DNA from: Octopus vulgaris
Taxonomy: Eukaryota
Direction of reading: 5' to 3'
Assembly (NCBI GenBank): GCA_951406725.2
Contig: OX597821.1
Span: 100,750,001-100,814,000 of the forward strand
Length of the DNA stretch: 64,000 nucleotides
Position 1 is the stretch's first letter; each line of letters opens with the position of its first letter. The notes under the pieces are model-generated. The model was given only the letters and a program-made list of their open reading frames with translations, made no database searches and was not told the DNA's origin. The position numbers and the translations under genes were made by a program. Shown in pieces: positions 26,026 through 40,061 of this stretch.

Positions 26026-26661
26026 GAATTTTCCAGGAAGACTCATCCTAGGAACTTGCCAGGAAATCCTCGGAATTTTCCTGGAAGTCTCATCCTGGGA
26101 ACTTTCCAGGAAGTCTCATCCTCGGAACTTTCGAGGAAGTTTCAACCTTGGAACTTTCCAGGAAGTCCTCGAAATTTTTCAGGAAGTCTCATTCTCGGAA
26201 CTTTCCAGGGAGTCCTCTGATTTTTCCAGGAAGTATCATTCTCGGAACTTTCCAGAAAGTTCTCATCCTCGAAGCTTTCCAGGAAGTCCTCGGAATTTTC
26301 CAGGAAGTTTCATCCTCTGAACTTTCCGTGAAATCCTCGGGATTTTCCAGAAAGTATCATCATTGGAACTTTCCAGGAAATACTCGGGATTTTCCAGGAA
26401 ATACTCGGGATTTTCCAGGAAGTCTAATCCTCGGAACTCTCCCTGAAATCCTCGGAATTTTCCAGAAATTATCATCATCTGGACTTTCCATAAAGTCTCA
26501 TCCTTGGAACTTTCCAGAAGTGTCTCATCCTTGGAACTTTGCAGAAAGTCTTCGGAATTTTCCAGGAAGTATCATCTCGAAACTTTCCTGGAAGTGTCTC
26601 ATCCTCGTAACTTTCCAGCTTGGAATTTCCAGGAATTCTCGGAATTGTCCAGGAAGTATCA
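26026..26661. repeat. Degenerate minisatellite built from (ggaact)ttccaggaag(tctcatcctc) units
   Basis: Variable ~21-27-bp units; TTCCAGGAA/TTCCTGGAA recurs about a dozen times. Confidence 0.9.
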
Positions 26662-26669
26662 TGGGGGTG

Positions 26670-26868
26670 TATGTGTGTATGTTTGCGTGTGTGTGTTTGT
26701 TCCCCCTACCATCACTTGATAACCGGTGTTGGTGTCTTAGCGGTTCGGTAAAGGAGACCGATAGAATAAGTACTAGGCTTACAAAGAATAGCTCCTCGGG
26801 TCGATTCGTTCGACTAAAGGTGGTGCTTCAGTATGGACCCAGTCAAATAACTGAAACAAATAAAAGAA
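26670..26868 (+). mobile_element. SINE family A 3' half
   Basis: cttagcggttcggtaaaggagaccgatagaataagtactaggcttacaaag. Confidence 0.85.
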
Positions 26869-27941
26869 TATATTCATCTGTCAAGAAAATGATACATTTA
26901 ATCATTCAGCCACGAGAAACTATGACATAACTTTTGTTGTGGCTGCTACCGTTGTGGTTGTTGTTGGTGGGGGGGGGGGAGTAGTGGTGGTGGTGTAATT
27001 CAAGCCAATGATAGGTATGACAGAGATATCTCTATACAGTCGTTCTACGTTCTAGAAATAGCGCCCAAAAGTCTTCAAAATCATACCTTGATATTTTGAA
27101 GGACGTTTCGTATAATGTAGTGCACTGTGGATATTTAGTCTCAAAAAAAGCAGAATACAGGATAGTCACATTTGGAATGTTTTTGATCAAAGCTGTGCTG
27201 GTTCGAGCTGATCGGACTAATAAAAACAACAGGTTCCTCTCCCGTGTTGAGCTGATGCTCAAATCCTGTCTGATCAATGGTACAAATTTCTATTGTCTTT
27301 CTCGAGACAGACGAATAATATAGTTCTTTTCACATGACGCACTACATCCTTCTTCTTCTTGCGTAAGTAATGGCTTCATATTTACTTCTTGTTGTATATC
27401 GGTAGGAAAGTTCCGTGAGATTCAACTCGATTCAGACATACGAAATATCCATTTCCGATATCACCACGGGTATATCCTCTACAACAAAACCTGATTAACA
27501 TCGTCAGTCTTATTTCTCGGTCCTTCTGTTATTTTTGCCATTCTTCCTTACTTGTGCTCGTCTTCGTTGTCGACAATGTGTGCTCAGAACACACACACAC
27601 ACAAAATAACACACATGAACAGATAAAGAGAGCCAAGAATAATAAGAGATAATGGTATGGACGCAGCTTTAATAGGTTCTCCAAATAATAATTCCTTGTC
27701 TTGAGAAAGAATATTCATAATATTGATATGGCTTTTCATGCTATGGCACACGATTGTGGATGTGTGTGCGTGCATGTTTGTGCGTGTGTGTGTGTAATGT
27801 ATATACGAACGTAGAAAGTTTCTCTAAGACAGTATATTACAGTCAATGCTGATATTTGTGTCTGTATGTATTTATATATGTACTACCAAACACAGCCGTC
27901 TTTTTGACGGTTTAAGTTGATTTGGTGGTAGTTGTTAGCCG

Positions 27942-28143
27942 GGACTCTTCGAAACATTGTAACATTGTAACATTGTAACATTGACTCTTTGAAACATTGT
28001 AACATTGTAACATTGTAACATTGTAACATTGACTCTTTGAAACATTGTAACATTGTAACATTGACTCTTTGAAACATTGTAACATTGTAACATTGTAACA
28101 TTGACTCTTTGAAACATTGTAAAATTGTAACATTGTAACATTG
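27942..28143. repeat. Higher-order minisatellite GACTCTTTGA(AACATTGT)n
   Basis: 8-mer aacattgt in runs of 3-4 separated by gactctttga. Confidence 0.95.
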
Positions 28144-28456
28144 TCGGAAATTATAGAGACAGGAAAAGATAGAGGAAAAATGCAGAAGCAGAAAGAGAGA
28201 CAGAGACAGAGGCAGAGAAAGAAGGTAGAGAGACACTAGCTGAAACACCCTTGATGTTAAGCTGTGTAAAAGGTGTCAGGTTTAAGACAAGGAGTGTATG
28301 CCTGCAAGCGACTTGGCGACATCATCGACTCCTGTAACAGGAGAGCAGGCATCGTACATAGTCTTTTCTGCTGCCAAGTAGTACATGATTGTAGTTGAGA
28401 TATATTCATATGACAGCCATGAGATGTATAAATATAGATATAAATATATAAATATG

Positions 28457-28530
<74 letters not shown>

Positions 28531-28531
<1 letters not shown>

Positions 28532-29703
28532 CTTAGAATAACTTAGAAAGGTTTTTGGCCAGTATTGGCCCAGGCCATGTCTAACTTAATAGCACCACCT
28601 GGCGAAGTCTTTCAGTTCAGGATTTGGGCACCAAGGCCCATTCGAGCAGAGAGTTATTGTTTGCGGAGACATATCCGGGTGTGGATGGTTTGTCCGGTAC
28701 TGTTTGAAGGAATTTGTCCAAAGACTTCTTGAATTTTGTGTGGTCAGTTTCTTTTTTGACGTGTCCTGGTGTAATGTTGAAGAGAGCGGGTCCAATTGAG
28801 GTGAAATAGTTGTGCCGTATTGTCGTTATGTGATGCGATTTAGATTTTTGTTGTGGACGGATGGCACGTGGTCCAAGTCTTGGATGCATTTTGAAGGTGA
28901 TGCCAACATCATTCGGACAGTGCTGATGGAATATTTTCCACATCATACAGATAATGTAGCGTTCACGGCGTCGTTGGAGTGAATACAATTTCAGCTTCTC
29001 TAGTCTACCCCAGTAGTCAAGGTCTGACATGCCATCTATCTTTTTTGTGATTGACCTTTGGGAGCTTCAATTCTCATAATATTTTGTTTTGTGTAGGGAG
29101 ACCACAGTGGACAGCAGTATTCAAGGTGGGGTCGGGCAAAAGTGGAGAAGAGAAGGATAATAGCGTGGGAATCTCTCGACTGGAAGGTTCTGAGAATCCA
29201 GGAACACATTCTGCGGGCCATGTCAACTTTGCTGCTTATATGTGTAGCCCAGCTTATGTTGTTGTCCACTGTTACTCCCAGGTCTCTGATGTTGTTGGAT
29301 GCCATGAGAATTTCTCCAGAAGGAAGAGAGTATGGGAGTTTCAGAGCGTCCTCCCTTCCAAAGTGGATCAGTTCGAATTTGTCTTCATTTAGCAACATGT
29401 TATTCTTTTCCGCCCATTGGACAACAGCTAGTAGGTCTGACTGAAGGTTTATTCGGTCATCCACGCCATTGATGACCTTCTGGAGCTTGGAATCATCAGC
29501 GAAGGTTCTGATGTTGCTGTGTTTGATGGTGTCAGTAATATCATTTATGTAGATGATGAAGAGAAGTGGGCCCAACACAGTGCCTTGTGGGACACCACTG
29601 CTGACTTTGGCTGGGCTGGATTTGACTCCTTCGACTACAACATGTTGGGTTCTGTTAGAGAGGAAGCACTTGATCCATTGCAGCAGCTTTCCAGTGACAC
29701 CAA
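28531..29703 (-). mobile_element. 5'-truncated CR1-group LINE (RT domain, C-terminus, 3' UTR), frameshifted
   Basis: SGVPQGTVLGPLLFIIYIND...FADDSKL...RPHLEYCCPLWSP, then [21 protein letters not shown] after a frameshift near 29045. The 3' stem-loop and short tandem tail run into (TA)n. Confidence 0.92.
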
Positions 29704-29875
29704 TATATATATACATATTTATATCTATATTTATATATATATATATATGGATAGATGGATATATCACATTCATATAAATATATATGCGTATATTTATATT
29801 TATATATAATATCATATGCATGTGTATGTGTTTGTGTGTGTTCAAGTTTCGCGATGCTATACATACATACATACA

Positions 29876-29966
<91 letters not shown>

Positions 29967-30133
29967 GGATGTATGTATATGTATAGATATATAGATATAT
30001 ATATACATATATATTTATATATGTACATAAATATATATATGATATACATACATATGTATATATACATATATATATACACATGTATATGTATGTGTTTGCA
30101 TGTATATATATACATATATATGCAAAATATATT

Positions 30134-30180
<47 letters not shown>

Positions 30181-30545
30181 CATATGTATGTATGCATTTT
30201 TGTATATATGTATATGGAGCATTACGAATCTTGAACACGAATATTGAGTTGTTATAATATTCTTAATATTCTTCAACACGTAAATTACATGTAATATCCT
30301 CCTAATTGATAGCAATAAATATAGCAATATTAGTAAAAAAAGAAAAGAAGGAATTAACTAGTAATTCTAATGATTATAACTGCAATATCTATAAGAACGA
30401 TGTCATGACGTTGACTCTGGCAGACGTTCTCGATACAAAAATATCAATTTTATTAGAATATCTGATGATGCTATTTACTCAATCATATTCTGAAGCTGCA
30501 ATTTTCCTGAACAGTATATGATCCAATTGTGAAAGGGAACAAACG

Positions 30546-30601
<56 letters not shown>

Positions 30602-30621
30602 CTTTAAAGAAGTAGCTTTAA

Positions 30622-30683
<62 letters not shown>

Positions 30684-30810
30684 GTGTGTATGTATATGTA
30701 TATATATATATGTATGTATGTATGCGTGCATGTATGTATGTATGTATGTATGTATGCATGCATGCATGCATGTATGTATGTATGTATGTATGTATGTATG
30801 TATGTATGTA

Positions 30811-31540
30811 CACTGCGTTCCATATTATTAGGCAAATCAACCGTCTCTCAATAAACGTATATTCGTTCAAAATCAGTTGTTTTCCCACCGACTGTTGGCA
30901 ACACCTATCTGCGTACATTCTGTTAAAATAAATCGGATCTGTGCGGACGAAAACAAATGGCGGCCATTGCCGTGTGGCAGCAACATTTCTGCTATCCCAA
31001 CCTATTAGGCAGGTGTCCAATTTAAGCGTCATTATGAGTCAGAAACGCGATTCTTTCCTCCAATGAGAAATCTACCATCGCGTCAGAGATTGGAAAAGTA
31101 AAAAGAAAATATAGAAATATCAAAATTACTGGGAAGAGATCACCGAACAGTGTAGAAATTTGTGCAAGTCTCCTATTTCTGCCTGGTCGAGGGCAGATAA
31201 GGGTAAGTCGAGGGTTGCTTCGAATCGTACTTTGTCACGTGTGAAAAGGGAAGTTGCGCAGAACTCAAGTCTGACGAGTGGAGAAGTCTTCAAACGTTGT
31301 GGCAGGGAAGACGTATCGCAAACTACCAGGTGTCGTCTCTTGACGCAGGTAGCCTGGAATATTAAACTTGTTTCAAGGCCTCCTCTGAAGATTGTTCATG
31401 AGCAGAAGAGACTGAAATGGGCAGAAGAATACATAAAGATAGGTTTTTCAACAGTTCTGTTCACTGACGAATGCTGTGCTACCCTTGATGGACCAAATGG
31501 CTGGTGTAAAGGTTGGATGTGAATCAGCGGGAACCGTCCT
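30811..31540 (+). mobile_element. Tc1-like transposon, 5' part, pseudogenised transposase
   Basis: TA|cactgcgttccatattattaggca terminus; RPPL...RLKWAEEY...VLFTDECCATLDGPNGW containing the first catalytic D. Confidence 0.85.
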
Positions 31541-31853
31541 CATACTTTTTAATTGAACTGAATTAATTTTTATTCTTTAAGTATCACGACTATTGATATT
31601 TATACCCCGGTGAAATTAAGAAATCAACTCGTACGCGTAAAGGAACACCATGATCTATACAAACGCAGACAAGGATCGACTCATATGAAAAAGGAAGTAA
31701 AGAAAATAATATATTTTTTTCTTTTTTAAAGAGAATCAAACCAAATGTTCACCATTTCGAACCTCTCACCCAATGAATATTTCTGTCAAATATGGTGAAA
31801 ATCTGTTCAGCTATTTTACAGTGCAAACACACCAACAAAGAGACAAAGACAAT

Positions 31854-31978
<125 letters not shown>

Positions 31979-31984
31979 GATAAT

Positions 31985-32148
31985 CCTTTCTACTATAGGC
32001 ACAAGGATTGGACTTTTGTGAGGAGGGAGATAATCAATCACATCGACCCCAGTACGCAACTGGTACTTAATTTATCGACCCCGAAAGTATGAAAAGCAAA
32101 GTCGACCTTGGCGGAATTCGAATTCAGAACGTAGCGGCAGACGAAATA
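31985..32148 (-). mobile_element. SINE family B, 5'-truncated
   Basis: tcgaccccgaaagtatgaaaagcaaagtcgaccttggcggaattcgaattcagaacg. Confidence 0.85.
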
Positions 32149-32567
32149 TTTATTAATAATAATGATAATAATAATAACGTAGAAAAGTGCAGAACAAAGA
32201 AAGTAAACAACAATAAAACGATTGCAGTAAAATTTTAATGTTCTTGGAAGTAGACAAATAACAACGCTCTGATACGAAATAACAACTTTCTCTCATACCT
32301 AACCCCTTCTTCACCACTTCCTGCCATGTTAAGAAATGGTCGGCCTGTGTCAGATAAACAAGTCGTTCTTCTTCGTTGGAGGTTGAAAAGGTGGCATCTA
32401 AAGAAGCAGTAAAAAAACTAAACTGAGCAATAAATGGATAATAAATAATAATAACAATAAGAAAAAAGAAATCAATGTCTCTTATTTTATTTAAATTTTT
32501 CGTTAAATTCCACGCGTTAAATACTTGCGTTTATGTTCATGGGAGTTGAGTTTGTTGACGAATATTG

Positions 32568-32622
<55 letters not shown>

Positions 32623-32783
32623 TGTGCGAGGGTGAGAGAGAGAACGACGGTGAATGTAGAATTGTATACAAGAGGAAATAGTTGGTAGCTTTGTTGGCCG
32701 AACTTGATAGATAACTTGTTTATTCCGATAAGTTGTGTCCAGCGGAGTAACGAAAGAATGAACAGAATGAGGTGACAATATGT

Positions 32784-32944
32784 CTATGGGAGAAGGATTA
32801 TGGAATAGGAAGAGAAAGACAGGCAGACAGACAGGGGGAGGAAGAGAAAGAAAGAAAGAAAGAGAAAAATTAATAAAGAAATATGGTAAAAAAGAAAGGA
32901 AAGAAAGAAAGAAAGGAAAAAGAATGAGAAAATATGGTTAAAGG

Positions 32945-32978
<34 letters not shown>

Positions 32979-33092
32979 AAAAGGAAAGAATCTCCATGGG
33001 AGAAGGATTAAGTAATAGAAGAGAAAGGCAAACAGACAGAGAGAGAGAGAAAGAAAGAAAGAAAGAGAGAGAACAAGAAAAAAGATAAAGGA

Positions 33093-33147
<55 letters not shown>

Positions 33148-33201
33148 GTAGGAGGAAGGAAGGAAGGAGAGAGGGAATGAAGAAAAAAGGAAGAAAAAGA
33201 A

Positions 33202-33277
<76 letters not shown>

Positions 33278-33718
33278 AGGGAAGAAAGATAAAAGAAATA
33301 AAGAAGAAATGTGGTAAAAAAAGAAAGGAAGGAAAGAAAAGAATAAAAAAAAGAATGAGGAAAAATATAGAAAATAAGGAAAAAATGACAGACACACAAA
33401 TAAATTGAGAGTGGGAGAAAGAAAGAAAGAAAGAAAGAAACCGAAAAGAAATAAGGAAGAAATATGGTAAAAAATAAAGAAAAGAAAGAAAGAAAAACAA
33501 AAAAATGCGAAAAATATGGTATAAAGAAACAAAGAAAACGAAATAAAAAAAAAGAGGAAAGAATTCTATGGAAGAAGGATTAAGTATTAGAGAGAGAAAG
33601 ACTGGCAGACAAATAGAGAGAGAGAGAGAGAGAAAGAGAAAGGAAAGAAGGAAGGAAAGGAAAGAATGAGAAGAAAAAATATGGTAGAAAAGTAAAGAAA
33701 CAAAGAAAAAAAAGAAAG
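32784..33718. repeat. Polypurine (GAAA)n-rich degenerate tandem region
   Basis: Recurrent atggga/gaaggatta...gaagagaaag and aaatatggtaaaa anchors (32786, 32996, 33568) within GAAA tracts. A similar tract lies at 40800-41400. Confidence 0.85.
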
Positions 33719-34116
33719 TTAAATCGTCGTCAGATATTTCAGTGAAACAACAAGCATATATCAGTAATAACATGGCTACTTCCATGGATGAAACGTATAG
33801 AAATGAGAACTGAAGAAGTTGATAAAGAAGAAACTATTTGATGTAGTATGAGGCATATGTGTAAGACTATCAAATTGGGTTTCTCCAAATGTGATAACCG
33901 TTGTCTCTGAAATGCCACATCCTAAAAATGACGGTTAACTGGCGCCAATGTCTTGACTGTCCTACCACGTTAATATACCAATCTCGTGTAGAACACGAGA
34001 AACCTTTAAGTCACGTGGAATTGAGTTAGATTCATATAACACCAGCCACATCTATTGAGTGCTACTTTGTCTGTGCCGATACATATCTGTTCATATATGC
34101 GTGTGTGTGTGTGTGT

Positions 34117-34175
<59 letters not shown>

Positions 34176-34176
34176 T

Positions 34177-34257
<81 letters not shown>

Positions 34258-34657
34258 CCGGTGACCACTCTAAGTTGTGGTTCCTGACCAATTACACGCG
34301 TGTTGAGGCTTGCTACGGAATTTATTTTTACATAAATTTGGGGTACTTATATGTACACATGACCTTGCTTCTGCTTTTTTCCATGGGTGCTTGTAAGTAT
34401 TTCATTTATTTCTTATCGTATTCTCTGTTAATGATCGGAAAATCCGTTGGATTAATCCCGAAATCGTTCGATACAGAGATAACGCATTTAAAAAAAAATG
34501 GTTAGCTTGCTTTCCTCGATTCAACACGATGTGTATTTATAATGATGTATATTGTATGTGGAGATTCACGATTTAAAGTCTATTTCTCAGCGTATTAGCA
34601 TAGAATTTTTTTCTTTTGCCCTTATTTATAATTGTAGATAGATAGATAGATAGATAT

Positions 34658-34726
<69 letters not shown>

Positions 34727-34731
34727 CAGAC

Positions 34732-34819
<88 letters not shown>

Positions 34820-34820
<1 letters not shown>

Positions 34821-35221
34821 CTTTGATACTTTGATACTTTGATAGGTTTCGGCCATTATTGGCCCAGGCCATGTCTAACTTAATAGCACCACCTGGTGAA
34901 GTCTTTCAAGTCAGAATTTGGGCACTATGGCCCACTCAAGTAGAGAGTTATTGTTTACAGAGACATATCCGGGTGTAGGGGTTTTATCCGGGATCTCCTG
35001 AAGGAATCTGTCCAAAGACTTCTTGAACCCTATAGGGTCTGTTTCTGTTTTAATGTGTTTTGGTGTAATGTTAAAGAGAGCGGGGCCAATTGAGGTGAAA
35101 TGATTGTGCCGTATTGTTGTTATGAGATGAGAGTGCAATTTTTGTTTTGGGCGGATGGCACGGGGCCCAAGCCTTGGATGTATGCAGATGATGTAGCGCT
35201 CACGGCGACGTTGGAGAGAAT

Positions 35222-35222
<1 letters not shown>
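34820..35222 (-). mobile_element. 3' fragment of the same CR1-group LINE family
   Basis: [14 protein letters not shown][deletion][12 protein letters not shown]...[14 protein letters not shown], same 3' UTR, (ATCAAAGT)3 tail; embedded in (TAGA)n. Confidence 0.9.
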
Positions 35223-35305
<83 letters not shown>

Positions 35306-35340
35306 ATGTACATATAAATATATGTATATGTATATGAATA

Positions 35341-35398
<58 letters not shown>

Positions 35399-35807
35399 TA
35401 CAGAGAGAGGGAGAAATGAGAGGTTTTGGTATCCAGATGGCTTTGGTATGTATATGCATATATACAAGCAGCACTCAACACACATACGCACGCTGCGGAA
35501 CAGTCATCTTAACGAGTTGTATTTATTTATCACCCGACGAGATACATCTACACCACTGGATGCTCCTGAACCAGTTGTTGAGTATCCCACCCAAGAGGAA
35601 TCGATGCTAGATGTGTCGAAACAATTGTCTTGGTTAATAATAAATTCTTGTATATTCCATCTTTTGTCTTTCATTTGCTATATATATATAATGTGTGTGT
35701 GTGTGTGTGTATGCAAATGTCATCAAATAAAATGAAATTAAGCAGATTTTGTTGTTAATGATGGATTATTCATTTATTCAATTATCCCAATATATATGTA
35801 TATATGT

Positions 35808-36124
35808 GAGGGCGTGTGGCTTAGTGGTTAGGGCATTCGGCTCATGATCGTAAGGTTGTGAGTTCGATTCCCGGCGACGCGTTGTATCCTTGAGCAAGAC
35901 ACTTTATTTCACGTTGCTCCAGTCCACTCAGCTGGCAAAAATGAGTTGTACTTGTATTTCAAAGGGTCAGCCTTGTCACTCTCTGTGTCACGCTGATTAT
36001 CCCCGAGAACTACGTTAAGGGTACACGTGTCTGTGGAATGCTCAGCCATTTGCACGTTATCACGAGCAAGCTGTTCCGTTGATCGTATCAGCTGGGACCC
36101 TCGTCGTCGTAACCGGCGGAGTCT
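35808..36124 (+). mobile_element. SINE family C with tail X
   Basis: tggcttagtggttag A box, gagttcgattccc B box and tccttgagcaagacactt central domain. The tail is shared with 50166-50346. Confidence 0.9.
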
Positions 36125-36149
36125 TTTAATATGTATATATATATATTAT

Positions 36150-36545
36150 GTTATTCTTTTTTACTTGTTTCAGTCACTTAACTGCAGCCATACTTAAAGG
36201 GTGATAATCGAAGAAATCGATTCCAGGACTATATACTTTGTAATCCTGGTACTTATTTTATCGGTTTTCTTTGCTGAGCCACTAAGTTACAGGGACGTAA
36301 ACACACCAACATCAGCTGTCAAGCGATGGTGGAGGAACAAATATAGACAGAAACACACAAATATATACATATGCATATATACCACGGGCTTCTTTCAGTT
36401 TCCGTCAACCAAATCTACTCCCAAGACTTTCGTCGGGTCGTCGGCTCGAGGCTATAGTAGACACTTGCCCAAGATACCATGCAGTAGGACTGAACCCGAA
36501 ACCATGCATTTGGGAATCAAACTTCTTACCACACAGCCACGCCTG
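36150..36545 (-). mobile_element. SINE family A (partial extra copy to ~36745)
   Basis: Reverse complement of the exemplar. Confidence 0.85.
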
Positions 36546-36757
36546 GCACGTATGCGTATATATATACGTCCGTGTATGTGTATTACACAACTGGCTTCCA
36601 CACAGTCTACCAAATTCGCTAACAAACCATTGGCCCGGTGCTATATTAAAAAGTACGAACACACTTGCCCAGAGTGACGCGCCATGGTAATGAACTTGAA
36701 ACCACGTACTTCGGAAGCGAACTTCTCCGCCACACACCCATAACTCGCAACTATGTA

Positions 36758-37941
36758 CGAAAGTGGGCTGGAAAGTTAATATGATGACTATGAAGGAGTG
36801 ACGACAGAACTGTGAGATTTTACATGCATTAATTTCTGCATTTTTTATTAATAATAGCATTGTTTCTGTTCAGGAAACTCACATCTGACTGTTCGAAGAA
36901 GACACCAAAAGTAGCGACTTTTCAAGAAAGTGGACAAAATTTGGCATCGTGGTGCTATCAAGTACCTACAGGAAAGGATTTAGCCCCCAAAGATATTCAT
37001 GTTGACATGGTTGCTACATTAGGGGATGCTACTCCAGTCATATCAACAGTCCAAATTTGGGAAGCTGAATTTAGGAGAGGAAGGGAAAGTCTTGAAGATG
37101 ACACAACAGCTAGACGTCCTGCCTCTCTGGCACCACTGAGGAAAACAGTGATCGTATCCACCACATGCTGATCGTTGATAGATTGGTTAATGCTTTAGCA
37201 TATCCTAAGAGAGAATTTGCAATATCATGCACAATAAACTTGAGATGACGAAGTTTTCTGCTCGGTGGACACCACGTCTTCTAACACCTGGTCAAAAGCG
37301 CACCGAACTGATCACATCGCGAAAAAATCTGACAGTGTTTCAGGCAATCCAGCTGGTTTCCTTGAACGTTTCCTAATCCAAGGTGAGTGTTGGGTTCTTC
37401 ACTTTGAGCCAGAAACAAGGAGACAATCCATGCAGTGAAAACACCCCTACTCACCTGCTCCGAAGGTGAAGATCGTTTCATTAGCAGGAATGGTAATGAC
37501 CTGTTTTGGTGGATGCAAAAGGCATTGTGTTTATTGACTATCTTCGAAAGATTCACACCATCAATGAAAAGTACTATGCCAAACGCCCGGGAAAAACAGA
37601 CAAAAGGGTCTTGTGTCATCAAGACAATGTTCCAGCACAAGGATTGGTGTGAGTGACTGTGGTTTGAACTGGTTGATTCCCTATTCTCCTCATTTGGCCC
37701 CATCTGATTATCACCTGTTCCCTAACATGAAAAACACTTGGCTGGGAATCAGTATTGCAGTGAAGACGGCGTCATTCCTGCTGTTGATTATCTTTTTTTT
37801 TTTACCAACAACATGCAAGCTGCTTCACCAATGAGATCCAAGCACTGCAACACCGATGGAATTATGTTGAAAAATAAACCTTATTTGGTCACATTCTATG
37901 AGAGTATCTTGTCCAACCTATGAACTTTTCGGCAGAACTCG
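36758..37941 (+). mobile_element. Full-length decayed mariner (DD34D) element
   Basis: TA-flanked degenerate TIRs. ARWTPRLL, ECWVLHFEPETRRQSMQ, HQDNVPA and PYSPHLAPSDYHLFPNMK motifs are spread across frameshifts. Confidence 0.9.
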
Positions 37942-38270
37942 TATTTTAAACATAAATTACAGTTCTCTGTGATATTCGACTTTACTTTATCTCACAATTT
38001 TGCTGTATTTACAATTTACACGCAGTTTTTTCAACATGAAACATCATCATGTTTCCCCGTCCATAATGGTGTTCTCATGAGCTTATCTTTCCTCCTTTCT
38101 TCATTTTACGGCTTTTCTCTATTTCTATTTTCATTCTTTATTTATATGTTTATTTATTCGATTTTACCGTTTAGACGAGAGCAAAGCTGAAAACTCTATC
38201 GTAAGGGTTCTATCATGATTTCCTGTGTTAGTGTACATAATGCAGTTGTGCTTAAGATAATGTGAGGTGG

Positions 38271-38531
38271 AAAAGTGATTTTAACGTTATGTACAGAACA
38301 GTAAAAGCCGTTATATTGATAAAATTCGATTGTTTGCAAACAGTTTGTATAACTAAGTTCAATAGGTAAAATATTTGGTACAGATAGAAATCATACAGTC
38401 ACAGTTAGAGCTAGACGTCGCTTCTTAACAATATAATTGAAATATTTCAAAGATGGAGAAGAGCGAATTGAACATTAGCAAATCTTTTAATCCGAGAAGA
38501 GGCGTAATTACATGACTGGTAACTAAAATAC
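38271..38531. repeat. ~260-bp unique-sequence block duplicated at 46619-46880
   Basis: About three substitutions between the copies; the left flanks are homologous but much more diverged. Confidence 0.95.
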
Positions 38532-38851
38532 ACACACACATACACACAAATAACACACGCACACACAAACACACGCACGCACACACACAAAACACACACA
38601 CAGAAATGCAAACACATACATATACATATACACCGACATACACAGTTGTACATTCAGAGTCGTGAAAGTGTATATATAGCCAAAATAATGCGAAGTAAAT
38701 GCAAGTTAAATCACAAGAAAACAAATATATGTATGAATGTAGATTTACCTTGTATTTAATGTTTCGGAGTTATAACCCCATTTTCAAGAAAATAAACGAA
38801 TGTCCTCACGCTTAGATCAGGTGTAACTGGATATTATGCTATATATATATA

Positions 38852-39578
38852 CTAGCATTAAAGACTCGTCGTTGCCGGGTCATAGTGCTAGTGCAAGTAT
38901 ATATGTGTATATATGTGTACATATTACATGTACATCTATATATATACATCTACACATAAAATGCAAAATACAAATTTATATCTTGATATCGCTAGTGATA
39001 ACAATACTCAAAATATATAACAGACTGGAATTGTTAGCTCTTCTTTTTTCTCTACATTGTATACTTTATAAACAATAGTCTTTTCTTTAATTTTTTTATT
39101 ATCCATCTGGACTATTCCATTTCTGCACGCTAATTTTATTTTTTATTTATTCCCATTCATGTGAAACCGCTTATTCAAGCTCAAATCATTGATGCAATTT
39201 TATACCAATTGCTATTTTTACTTTTGTATGTTACGATTATATTATACTTTAGTTTGATTTTAATTATTACTTACTACATATAATTCAATTGTTATTATTA
39301 TTTTTATTGTTAAAATGAAAGCATCTGACATAAAATAGAGAAATATCTTTGTTTCACTTTTAACACGTAATACTGAAATAGTGGAGAAGATATGATATTG
39401 CTATGGGCTCGCTCTAGGCAAGAAGTTGAACATTTTTTTTGCCCATGAAACTACATGGACCCTAAGTAAGGCATGTGTAAAATTTGAATGAAATTGGTTG
39501 TGTAGTTCTCGAGTTTTAGGGAAACACACACACAGACAGACAAACAGACACACATTCTCAGTTTTATATATATAAAGA
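38852..39578 (-). mobile_element. Complete non-autonomous Helitron (727 bp)
   Basis: Minus strand A|TCTTTATATATATAAAACTGAG...(GTCT/GT)n...gacccggcaacgacgagtc hairpin...CTAG|T: 5' TC, 3' CTAG, subterminal hairpin, A|T insertion site, no TSD. Confidence 0.88.
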
Positions 39579-39885
39579 TATATATATGTATATATGTGTG
39601 TGTGTATGTATGTATGTATGTATGTATGTATGTATGTATGTATGTATGTATGTATGTATGTATGTATGTATGTATGTGTATATATATGTATATACTGTTG
39701 TGTCTGGGGAGAGTCATTTTCTTTTTGTGCCTTATAATGTAACACACTCACCGGTAAAATTTCCACTTATTTCTTATTTATATTTTCCTAAAATTTTTGT
39801 TGCGTCCCAGACACAACAGAATATGCTTCAACACACGATCTCATATAAAGAATCTTGCAAACCAAATCCCAAAACGAAATATATG

Positions 39886-40061
39886 TATTGATCTCTTTCG
39901 GGACAATGTTAAACAGGGCAGGGCCTGTTGAGGAAAAGAAATTATGTTCCAGTGTACCTATATGGTGTGATCCTGAATTGGGCAGGGGACGTATGGAGGA
40001 ACATATATACACATATATACTTGCACTAGCACTATGACCCGGCAACGACGGGTCTTTAATG

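Noticed and set aside
26024-26930. 260-aa ORF, and a CRISPR-like look of the repeats
   Set aside because: Minisatellite translation; there are no unique spacers, no cas genes, and the context is eukaryotic.
27300-27590. Purine-rich minus-strand stretch resembling an exon
   Set aside because: The frames examined are closed by stops within ~45 codons and no homology was recognised.
29036-30238. 400-aa ORF as an intact gene
   Set aside because: The N-terminal half is microsatellite; the rest is a truncated, frameshifted LINE reverse transcriptase.
35588-35634. GAAA-caattg-TC with ccaa/ttgg flanks
   Set aside because: The CUGANGA box is missing; at most a dead remnant.
35808-35880. Functional tRNA genes at SINE heads (also 49971, 50441, 61308)
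   Set aside because: No complete acceptor stem, and each continues into a SINE body.
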